From Carpediemonas membranifera BICM (taxonomy: Eukaryota > Protista > Fornicata), in contig JAHDYR010000015.1 in assembly GCA_019828565.1 (NCBI GenBank), positions 654,886 to 718,885 of the forward strand: DNA of 64,000 nucleotides, given 5' to 3'. The notes under the pieces are model-generated. The model saw only the letters and a list, made by a program, of their open reading frames with translations. It had not been told where the DNA came from and ran no database searches. Position 1 is the first letter of the stretch, and each line of letters starts with the position of its first letter. Below are positions 31,001 through 41,539 of this stretch, one piece after another. Made by a program: the position numbers and the translations under genes.

Positions 31001-34000
31001 AGAAGGAGGAGCTCGCGGCCAAGGTCCAGGATACCGAGGTCAAGCTCGACCGTGCCCACCGTCTCATCGGCGGGCTGGGCGGCGAGAAGTCACGGTGGGA
31101 GGAGACTGTCGAGAAGCTCAGCGCCGACGAGGTCAACCTCGTGGGGGACATGCTCGTCGCTGCCGGCGGCGTGGCGTACTTTGGTGCGTTCACGGCCGAC
31201 TTCAGGCACCGCATGGCGAAGACGTGGTACGAAGACATGGAGAAGCTGGGAATCCCCTTCACCCACGACAGCACGGCCCTCAGCGTACTCACAGACCCCG
31301 TCCAGGTGAGGAACTGGCTGGCCTTCAACCTCCCCGGCGACTCCCATTCCGTAGAGAACGCCGTCATCATGAGCCAGGCCCGGCGCTGGCCGTTCTTCAT
31401 CGACCCCCAGGGCCAGGCGAACAAGTGGGTGAAAACGATGGAGAAGGATAACAGCCTCGACGTCATCAAGCTCTCGGACAAGGACTACCTCCGCACGCTC
31501 GAGAACGACATCCGCTTCGGCCGGCCATGCCTCATTGAGAACGTCGGCGAGGAGCTCGACCCCGCCCTCGAGCCTATCCTGCTGCAGCAGACGTTCAAGC
31601 AGGGCGGCCAGGTGTCGATCAAGCTCGGCGACTCAACCATCCCGTACCACCCCGACTTCAAGCTCTACCTGACGTCCAAGCTGCCCTCCCCCAACCTCTC
31701 GCCCGAGCTCTCCGTCAAGGTGACTCTGCTCAACTTCGGTATCACCAACGACGGCCTCGAGGACCAGCTGCTCGGCCTTGTCGTCCGCAAGGAGCGCCCC
31801 GACCTCGAGGAGATGAAGGCGCAGTTGGTGCAGTCCAACGCCCGCATGAAGAACGAGCTGAAGGCCATCCAGGACAAGATCCTCGAACTACTCTCTCAGT
31901 CCGAGGGCAACATCCTCGACGACGAGGTCCTCATCAACACTCTGCAGCAATCAAAGGTCACGTCCGAGGAGATCCAGCAGAAGGTCGCCGAGGCCGAGGA
32001 GACGGAACGCGACATCGACCACACAAGAGAGGAGTACCGGCCAGTCGCCCAGCGCGGGTCTGTGTTGTACTTCAGCGTCAACGACCTCGCCAACATCGAC
32101 CCGATGTACCAGTACAGCCTCCAGTGGTTCGTAGCACTCTTCGCATCGTCAATCGACGCCGCACCCGGGTCAGCTGACCTTAAAGTGCGTCTAGAATCTC
32201 TGGACAGCACGTTCTTGTACAACCTGTACAAGAACGTTTGCCGCTCGCTGTTCGAGAAGCACAAGCTGATGTTCTCGTTCCTACTGACGGTTCGCCTCCA
32301 GATCTTCGAGGGCCTCCTTTCCGACGAGGCGTACCAGTTCCTCATCAACGGTACGACCCTCGCCGAGCCAACGGAGCCCAAGCCCGAGTGCCAGTGGGTC
32401 GACGACAGCATGTGGCTGCAGCTGTGCGGCCTCCAGCACCACGCGGAGTTCACGGAGATCCTCACCAGCGTCAAGGCCGACCTGGCCGGCTGGAAGGAGT
32501 ACTTCGACGACGAGCAGCCCCAGAGCCGCACAACCCTACCCCCGCCGTTCGGGGACTCGACCACCCACTTTGACAGGCTCATGATCCTGCGCTGCTTCAG
32601 GCCCGACAAGGTTGTCGACTGCGTGACTGACTACATCGTCGAGAAGCTCGGCCAGAAGTTTGTCGAGCCCCCGACGTTCAACCTCGCTGACATCTTCGAG
32701 GACTCGAACTCTGTGACGCCCCTCATCTTCGTCCTCAGTGCCGGCGCTGACCCGGCAGGCGAGCTCATGAAGTTTGCCGAGGACATGCACATGGCCCGGA
32801 AGATGGCGTCGATCTCTCTTGGCCAAGGTCAGGGCCCCCGCGCCGAGAAGATGATCCAGGACGGACAGGAGCGCGGCATGTGGATCCTGCTGCAGAACTG
32901 CCATCTCGCCGTGTCATGGTTGCCATCCCTCGCCCGCATCGTCGAGAGCATGGCTGGCGAGGCCGGCCGCATCAACAAGGACTTCCGCCTGTGGCTGACG
33001 TCGATGCCATCCAAGGACTTCCCGGTGCCCGTGCTGCAGGACGCGATCAAGATCACGAACGAGCCCCCCAAGGGCCTGAGGTCCAATCTGCTCAGGACAT
33101 GGTCTGGCTACGACGACAGGTGGCTGGACGAGGCCACCACCCGCCCCGGCCAGTTCAAGAAGATCCTGTACGGCCTCACGCTGTTCCACGCCATCATGCA
33201 GGAGCGGCGTCGCTTCGGGCCCCTCGGCTTCAACATCCAATATGAGTTTACGACCAGCGACCTCGAGGTCTGTGCCAAGCAGCTTGTTATGATCATGGAC
33301 AAGTACCAGGACATCCCCTATAACGTGCTGCAGTTCCTGTCTGCGGAGATCAACTACGGCGGCTCTGTGACGGACGATTGGGACCGCCGCGCCGTCAACA
33401 ACATCATCCAGGTCTACCTCATCCCTGATGTCCAGGATGACACCTACAGCTTCTCTAAGTCGGGCAAGTACGTCTCACCCGCCGTCGGCACGCAGAAGGA
33501 GTATCTCGAGGTCATCAAGGGCCTGCCACTCAACCCGCAGCCTGAGGTCTTCGGCATGCACGCCAACGCCGACATCACGTGCGCCCGTCAGGAGACGCAG
33601 GCCATGTTCGACGACCTGCTCGACCTGCAGCCCCAGACAGCCTCTGGCTCTGGCCGCACGCGCGAGGAGATCATCGACGAGCTCGCCGCCGACCTCTTTG
33701 ACCGACTCCCGAAGCGCTTCGACGTGGCCGGCGTCAGTACCCGCTACCCGACGGTGTACGAGGAGAGCATGAACACCGTGCTGACCCAGGAGTGCACGCG
33801 GTACAACAAGCTCATCAAGGCGATCGCCACCAGCCTGCCCGACCTCCGCAAGGCCCTCAAGGGCATCGTGGTCATGTCTGAGCAGCTCGAGACCGTGGCC
33901 GACGCGCTCTTCAACAACCGCGTCCCGACGTCGTGGGAGGGTGTTGCCTATCCGTCCCTGAAGCCCCTCGCCTCTTGGTTCAATGACCTGCTGCAACGAA

Positions 34001-34512
34001 TCGACTTCATCCAGGACTGGATTGATCACGGAATCCCCATGTCCTTCTGGATCTCCGGGTTCTTCTTCCCGCAGGCTTTCCTCACCGGCACTCTCCAGAA
34101 CTTTGCCCGTAAGGAGCGCGTGTCTGTCGACGCGGTGTCTTTCAAGACAATCATCGTAGACACCATCGACCACGAGGACGTCAAGGAGAAGCCCGCAGAC
34201 GGCTGCTACATCTACGGCCTCTTCATCGAGGGCGCCCGTTGGGACAGCGAGCGGCACCTGTTGGCGGACTCGAGGCCCAAGGAGCTCTACACGACGATGC
34301 CGATGATCCACCTGTTCCCTGTGTCTGAGCGCGTCATCCCCGAGACGGGCATCTACCACAGCCCTGTGTACAAGACCCTCACCCGTGCTGGTACACTCAG
34401 CACCACGGGCCACAGTACGAACTACGTTCTGGCCCTGGAGCTGCCAACAGACGAACCCCAGCAGAAGTGGATCATGCGCGGCACCGCCATGGTCTGTGCC
34501 CTGCAGTTCTAA
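22081..34512 (+). CDS. DNAH1: Axonemal inner-arm dynein heavy chain, DNAH1-like; join(22081..26704,26738..26833,26862..26978,27008..34512)
   Basis: N-terminal PKVQVPF...PRKIVIER (DNAH1 type); P-loops [32 protein letters not shown]. Removing three introns restores [25 protein letters not shown] and [13 protein letters not shown]. Confidence 0.93.
26705..26737 (+). other. 33-nt spliceosomal intron (dynein intron 1; contains in-frame stops)
   Basis: GTTTGT...CTCACACAG; restores [10 protein letters not shown]. Confidence 0.92.
26834..26861 (+). other. 28-nt spliceosomal intron (dynein intron 2)
   Basis: GTGCGT...CTAACCCAG; restores [10 protein letters not shown]. Confidence 0.92.
26979..27007 (+). 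other. 29-nt spliceosomal intron (dynein intron 3)
   Basis: GTTCGT...CTTACCACAG; restores [11 protein letters not shown]. Confidence 0.92.
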
Positions 34513-34531
34513 GTGTGTAAATAAGCTTTTA

Positions 34532-35298
34532 CGTCTCGCCTGGCTTGGAATCATCATCGCCGGGGCAGGCCTGGTCGAGGGCATCCTGTTCATGGCGGCC
34601 GTGAACGTGGTGGCGGTCGGCTCGTTCATCGTGCCGTGAAGACGGCGCGGCGTCTGCATAAAGAGACCAAGGCAGTGCAGTTTATCGGAGCATAACATAG
34701 AGAGCTCGGATGGTGGTCTAGTGTAGCAGGAATGCGGGCAGGCTGTGGTGTCTGTCGGGGTCGCCGATGATCGGCACCACGTGGCGCCCGGTCGGCGCGG
34801 CGAACGTGGCTGGCGGCGACGCGTCGGACTGCGTCGTGGGCGTGAACTCGCTGAACGCGACCTGGGTGAGCGCCGCGAGCGAGGGCTCGACGCGGCGGCG
34901 TCTGCGTCTGCGCGGGGGCGGCGTGGGAAGACGCTCGCGGATCTCGTCGATGCGCATGCCGTGCTCGTCGCTGAGGTCGTCAATGGAGGCGAGACCGTGG
35001 ATCCGCATGATCTTGTGGCGGAACTTCTGCAGATGCGACGCGACGTTCTCGCGCGAGAGGCCGTCGGTGTCCATGAGCGTCAGGATGTAGCGCGGTTGGG
35101 CGGAGCGGATGCCCACGTCCATCACGATGTCCTCGAATTTCTTGTGCAGCTCCTCCGTCCACGTAACGCGCTGTTTGCGGCCCTTTGGTTTTGCGATCGG
35201 GCTCATTGCGAGCGGTGTGTTCGGAAAGGCTGTTTTCGCGATCATTCGGCGGCAGAATCAAGTATCATTGGTTCGAGGTGCAAGGAGATTCATTTACG
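34532..35298 (-). repeat. 767-bp segment, copy 2 of the inverted duplication; includes an orphan 3' fragment of the 14501..15166 gene
   Basis: Reverse complement of 13842..14608; begins 20 nt after the dynein stop codon. Confidence 0.95.
34718..35245 (-). CDS. GARP-type (SHAQKYF class) Myb-like transcription factor, copy 2
   Basis: Protein identical to 13895..14422. Confidence 0.9.
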   Translation of the reverse strand: MIAKTAFPNTPLAMSPIAKPKGRKQRVTWTEELHKKFEDIVMDVGIRSAQPRYILTLMDTDGLSRENVASHLQKFRHKIMRIHGLASIDDLSDEHGMRIDEIRERLPTPPPRRRRRRRVEPSLAALTQVAFSEFTPTTQSDASPPATFAAPTGRHVVPIIGDPDRHHSLPAFLLH

Positions 35299-35486
35299 GC
35301 TGGCAGGCCGATATACTATACCTCATGTAAATCGGTATCCCTGGAAACGACGTTGCACTGGATTCAGCGGTATGTCCTCGTGCCTTTGGAGGTAACACTG
35401 CACGGGGTTTCGTCAATTGCTGCTTCCGGGTTAGGGCGCATGATGAAGGGGTGGCACAACACGATGATTTATACCGATTACGCCGC

Positions 35487-36206
35487 TCAGCGCAGCATGG
35501 CGCCGAACAGCATGAGGATTGGGAAGGATGTGATACACAGCACTCCCTCGACAATGTCGAAGATGTTGAGGCCTATGGACAAGGACGTCAGCGGGCGGGG
35601 CCTCCGCTTCATCTCACGGGGCATGGAGACCAAGACGAAGACGAGAAGGGTGATGGAGAGTGCGATCTCGAAGATGCCGACGAGCCAGAGCACATTGAAG
35701 TAGAAGCCGAACAGTAGCCCTGGGACAAGGATCAACGCCAGGCTCAGCGGCACCAGGAGGAAGTTGAACACGCCACACATGATGAACGTCATGATCCGCA
35801 CGATCCTGTGGACCTGCAGCTTGCGGGCCTGGCGGGGGTCCTTATCGCCGGGCTTGGGCGCGCCTGAAAAGACCGGGGGCGGCGGTACTGCCGACTGCTG
35901 CATGGGCATGGGCGGCTGCGCCTGTGGCTGCGGCTGGAACTGTGGCGCCGGGGGCATTGGTACGGCGGCGGGAAGTGGCTGAGAATAGCCGCTGTCCGAG
36001 CGCTCAAACGGCGCAGCCGCGTAGTATGGCGTCTCCTGCTGTGTGTTGTACTGCCCGTAGTTCACGGTCTCATACGCAGGGGCCGATGGTGCTTGGCCAT
36101 ACGGTTGTTGGTTAGGAACGCCGTAGGGGCCTGCTGCGTCCATGCCTTGAGGTTGAGAGTAGTCATAGTTGTTTCCATAGTTGTTGTAGTTGTAGTTATC
36201 TGCCAT
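35487..36206 (-). CDS. Hypothetical membrane protein, Tyr/Gln/Pro-rich N-terminus + about 3 TM helices
   Basis: Low-complexity N-half and hydrophobic C-half; FNFLLVPLSL and VEGVL echo FNCVIVPFAL and VEGIL in the 14501 gene. Confidence 0.75.
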   Translation of the reverse strand: MADNYNYNNYGNNYDYSQPQGMDAAGPYGVPNQQPYGQAPSAPAYETVNYGQYNTQQETPYYAAAPFERSDSGYSQPLPAAVPMPPAPQFQPQPQAQPPMPMQQSAVPPPPVFSGAPKPGDKDPRQARKLQVHRIVRIMTFIMCGVFNFLLVPLSLALILVPGLLFGFYFNVLWLVGIFEIALSITLLVFVLVSMPREMKRRPRPLTSLSIGLNIFDIVEGVLCITSFPILMLFGAMLR

Positions 36207-36551
36207 CCAGAGGTTTTCCTGGTCTCTTCAACAGAATGCTCTCAATTTGGAGATTAGATCACAGCCTGACCCGGTCGTCATCACGGACAGGGCACCACGA
36301 CATAGCATTCACTCATGGCATGTAAACAAGTCACGCTAAGCCCACGGCTGCCGCGGGTCTCCAACAGTCCGCCCATCTTCAAGAATGGTCATGACACGAG
36401 CTCATTGACCCGAGAAGACCCGGCTGACGGACTGCTACGGCCTGTGGGGTGGCGATGCCGACCCATTCCCTTTTTTCATCGACTGATTGAGGGAGGATTT
36501 GACCAAATCCGACTCGACAATTATGGAAGAAGACATCACTCTTGTGATTAG

Positions 36552-37644
<1,093 letters not shown>

Positions 37645-38249
37645 ATTCTGTGATTGATTTATGATCGGTGGCAGGCAATACTGGGACTTCCGGATGAGGG
37701 AGATAGGGCAGTACAGCCGGCACGGAGCAGTACTACTACGAGCAGTCCCAGAGCAGTCTATTCTGTTGCGCAGTGTAAACACAACCGCGAGCCGGGCCAG
37801 CAGGCATGAGTAGAGATATTTTGCTGCGGCGTAATCCCCCACTCTCCGTTCTTCGGTGTAGTCCTGTCTGAAAGCTTGCTTGATGGAGGCTTTGATCGTA
37901 TATATCTCCATCTTGTTGCGCACTACTGGTGTGCAGCTGATCATTGATGAAGATGACATATAAGAGCCGACGATGAACACCATTACCAGCCTATACAAGT
38001 GTAGAAGTGAATTTAATGCGGAATAGAAGACAATGAGACGACGTGTGAGCTTGAGATTGTGATGTTTGCAGCTGTGCTGACGTCCACGAAGAAGACGCTT
38101 TGTGGAAGCCCTGGAGAAGACGATCTCCCTACCGACTTAAGACGTGAGTAGGAGGGAGACAGGGCAGTGTTGCGCAGTATAAACACATTGTTGGACCCTT
38201 CAATAGCACATATTCGCCTAGCCTAAAGTGCACAGCAGAGAGACACACA

Positions 38250-39554
38250 ATGACGAGGACGACAATCGAGCCTATTTCCACGCTTCCTGTGAAGGTTGCT
38301 ACAGATGAGAGCTCTAATAATTACCAAGTAACCAGTGAAACCGCCACTAGGGACGTGGAGAACCTGCACCGCGCCTCGGGAAATTACTTCGAGACAAACG
38401 CGCGCTGCCCACACAAGATATTCCTTCGATTTAGCAACGCTCGGATAATTACGCACGTGTACATGAATCTTCACCGCTCGGACCAGTCATACTGCCCCAA
38501 GGTAGTCCGTGTGCACCCAGTGCTCGCCTCGGGTGAGTCCCAGCCCGCGTTGGAGTACAAGCTCGCCCACCGCACCGGGTGGTTTGTCCTTCCGACCGGG
38601 ACCAGTGAGTCTGTGACGGAGGTGACCCTCACGGTGGTCAAGAACCACAGCAACGGCCGCGACTGCCGTATCCGGTGTATCAGAGTGCACTGCGAGCTCG
38701 ACACCAGCAAGCCGCTCGAAGCTGTCCTGCTCACTGCCAGTGGTGTTTCATTCAGCGCCATCCACCCTGACACGGGCTCCGTCCCGACAGATTGCACACT
38801 CGCCATGGCCGACGGCGAGCTCAACGCCCATAAGGCTGTGCTCATGGCCGCGTCTGAGTACTTCCGGGCGATGCTGGTTTCCGGCATGCTGGAATCTGGG
38901 GGGCGGGTGAGTCTGCCGGACATCCCGACTGAGACGATGCGGGCCGTGATTGACTTCATATATCTGGGGACACTCGAACTCAACTGCGGCAAGGACGACG
39001 TATTTGAGATCCAGACACCGCAAGGCGAGACGCTTCTCTTCACCGGACCAGTCGGGTTCACCCTGAACCTCTTCGTCGTGGCACAACGGCTGGCCCTCGG
39101 CGGGTTGTGCGGCAGCATTGCCTCGTGGATGGTCCAGAGCATCTCCCTGCTTGCACAGACGGACTCCTTCGTCGGCTTCATCACAGCGTTTACGGACAGC
39201 CACCTGGACAAGGTCTGCTCGGCTTACCTGCTGCTCAACCCCATCGCCGCCCTGTATGACGGCACGCTCGACCGCATGGGGGACGGCGTGCTGCGTACCT
39301 TCGTCAGCAAGCTCATCGGCACTGAGGCCGTCCAGCAATTCAACATGCCCGAGATAGGGTCTCGCGTCGGGGTGCTCCCCGCTGTAAGAATCCCATCTGA
39401 CGCGGCCAAGCCCTTCTCGGGCGTGCTCCTGGGCCGCACCAGCACCAAGCCGGACGGGATGGCCTGCATTGAGTACAAGACGGTGTCGGGCGGCACGGCC
39501 GAGTGGAGCGTGCTCGCGATGGCTGTGGCCGCTATAATCGAGGACGACGCTTGA
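38250..39554 (+). CDS. APC10/DOC domain + BTB/POZ domain protein
   Basis: NYFETN..CPH.I.L.F...SDQSYCPKVVRV...GWFVL...NHSNGRDCRIRCIRV (DOC), then DCTL...ELNAHKAVLMAASEYFRAMLVSGMLES...VIDFIYLG (BTB). Confidence 0.85.
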   Translation: MTRTTIEPISTLPVKVATDESSNNYQVTSETATRDVENLHRASGNYFETNARCPHKIFLRFSNARIITHVYMNLHRSDQSYCPKVVRVHPVLASGESQPALEYKLAHRTGWFVLPTGTSESVTEVTLTVVKNHSNGRDCRIRCIRVHCELDTSKPLEAVLLTASGVSFSAIHPDTGSVPTDCTLAMADGELNAHKAVLMAASEYFRAMLVSGMLESGGRVSLPDIPTETMRAVIDFIYLGTLELNCGKDDVFEIQTPQGETLLFTGPVGFTLNLFVVAQRLALGGLCGSIASWMVQSISLLAQTDSFVGFITAFTDSHLDKVCSAYLLLNPIAALYDGTLDRMGDGVLRTFVSKLIGTEAVQQFNMPEIGSRVGVLPAVRIPSDAAKPFSGVLLGRTSTKPDGMACIEYKTVSGGTAEWSVLAMAVAAIIEDDA

Positions 39555-39605
39555 TATGTATATATGTAAATACAGACAGCTTTGTTTAGTACATGCCTAC
39601 ACAGG

Positions 39606-40178
39606 ATGTCCTTCAGCAGCGCCGTCTCCCGAGAGTCCCCATCGCTGTGCAATGGATCGCCCGGGACGGTGACGGACCATGCTGACTCTCTCATCGGCCC
39701 TGGCCTTCGATCCACTGCCATGCGGATTGCAACCAGACAACAGCGAGCTCTTGTCATCATGACATTCTTGCGAAGTCTTACCTGCGAACGACGAACGATA
39801 TATCAAAAGATGCAAACATTACAAGGCAGACGATATGCACGCCTCGTGCAATACATTAGAGAGCACGGGGGCGAGCTACCCCAGAACCCTATCGCCGAAT
39901 TCGCCGATCTCCCCTGGCCGACGAATCGCCAGGCTATCCTGTACAGGCACGGGTGGACGAGGCACCACCATAGGCCCATCCCACCTCCGGTGGCTGCGCC
40001 TGAGGAGACTGTGTTGAATGAGGTGTCCCCGCCTGAGGTGGCTAGCCCGGTGATTGTCTGCCACAACACAGACACTACTAATCGCGCCGGAATGCACTGG
40101 AAGAGTATGACGACGCACTGGATGAGGCAATGGCCTGCCATGGCCGGCTCAAGTATTCGTGGAATCCATGGACAGTGA
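39606..40178 (+). CDS. Hypothetical protein or degenerate gene
   Basis: ATG-initiated ORF of about 190 aa without a recognisable domain; coding-like sequence seems to continue in other frames. Confidence 0.3.
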   Translation: MSFSSAVSRESPSLCNGSPGTVTDHADSLIGPGLRSTAMRIATRQQRALVIMTFLRSLTCERRTIYQKMQTLQGRRYARLVQYIREHGGELPQNPIAEFADLPWPTNRQAILYRHGWTRHHHRPIPPPVAAPEETVLNEVSPPEVASPVIVCHNTDTTNRAGMHWKSMTTHWMRQWPAMAGSSIRGIHGQ

Positions 40179-40829
40179 CGATGAAGAGTATGGTGAGAGG
40201 CCGGCGCGAAAACTGAGGACTTTAGCGCAGTGCGCCGCTGGGTGGACAGACGGGAGGTGGCGGGTCGGCGACGCTGGCGTGAGTAAAGTCACGTTTTGGG
40301 GCGAAGGGATGGAGAGCGCGTAGCCGTCTCTGCACGATGCTAGAGACTGTTATTGCGACTTCCGCTGTCGTCGAGACCCACGCTCGGGCGGGTGCTGTCA
40401 GATCAACAGTCGGGGCCTAAACACCGATGAAAACGCCCAGAGGCGCGAACACCGAAGTCCAGCGCTCAAAAGCACCACGCTGGCCTGAATCCTCGATTTT
40501 TGTTCGCGCAGTGCTCCTGAACCCCCACAACTGCGATGGCCACAGCATACAGCAGCGGTGAAATGACGCTGGATATAACAACATGAATCAGCACATATCA
40601 GTGCTTCTAGATCATTAAAATGACATCAGAACGAGCACAAGTCGTCTACGCGACGAGTTTCCCCAGGTGCATCTTATGACGTGAGCTCGACTCCAGCTGA
40701 AGTCGGAAACGACAGAATGTACAAGCAGACAGAAAGAAGTGTAAATGTTTACTACAGTCGCCCATGCGTCTCCTACTTGATGTTGGTTAGCTGTTGGTGT
40801 CTTTTGACACCTTTTTTTTCGGAAGGAAT

Positions 40830-41204
40830 TCAAGCCTCCTGAGTGGCAGCCTTGCCCTTGCCCTTGGACAGGATGCGCTGGTGGATGTGGGGGAGAACAC
40901 CGCCAGCAGGAATGACAACATCGGCAAAGAGGCGGGAAAGCTCCTCGTCGTGGCGGATGGCCAGCTGGATGTGGCGGGGGGTGATACGGCGCTTGTTGTT
41001 CTCGCGCACGGCGTTGCCAGCGAGCTCGATGACCTCAGCGGTGATGTACTCGAGGACGGAGGCGAGGTAGACGGGGGCACCGGCACCGATACGCTTGGCG
41101 TAACGGCCGTCACGGAGCTGACGGTGGATACGACCGACAGGGAACTGCAGGCCGGCACGCTCGGACCGGGAGGTGGAAGTCTTCTTTTCGGTATCCTTGG
41201 GCAT
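40830..41204 (-). CDS. H2A: Histone H2A with C-terminal TQEA motif
   Basis: [13 protein letters not shown]...[14 protein letters not shown]...[17 protein letters not shown]...GGVLPHIH. Confidence 0.97.
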   Translation of the reverse strand: MPKDTEKKTSTSRSERAGLQFPVGRIHRQLRDGRYAKRIGAGAPVYLASVLEYITAEVIELAGNAVRENNKRRITPRHIQLAIRHDEELSRLFADVVIPAGGVLPHIHQRILSKGKGKAATQEA

Positions 41205-41327
41205 TTCCTTGGATTAATTCCTAAGCTTGTTGCCGTCAAGAATTTTGTATATTGGAGAAAATTGCAATTACTTTGTCAAATAGAGCTCAGTTTATGGTTT
41301 AGAAAATTTGAAACAGAATGAAGGGAC

Positions 41328-41370
41328 AGCAGCAAGAATAGAGAAGTAGCAGCAAGAATAAGCAGCAAGA
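41328..41370. repeat. Three copies of AGCAGCAAGA upstream of H2A
   Basis: Exact 10-mers at 41328, 41348 and 41361; the first two extend to AGCAGCAAGAATA. Confidence 0.7.
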
Positions 41371-41539
41371 TTGATAAGATGTAAGTGTTTATTGCTACTA
41401 ATGTTGTTTTGTCTTCAGTTCTCTTCTTCCCATTGCTTCTTTTCCGTCATACTCGATTTCATGCTCTCTTCGTCCGCGAACAAGTTTCATAGGGAAGAAC
41501 TTGATATAAAAACCAACGTTTCATGCACATATGAAACAT

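Noticed and set aside
33475-34983. 502-aa minus-strand ORF spanning repeat copy 2 and the dynein 3' end
   Set aside because: Chance join of an alternative GARP frame and the dynein antisense frame; no evidence of a real chimeric gene.
13842-35298. Composite transposon or giant TIR element interpretation of the inverted repeats
   Set aside because: No transposase or recombinase inside, no target-site duplication seen, and the repeat consists of host gene sequence.
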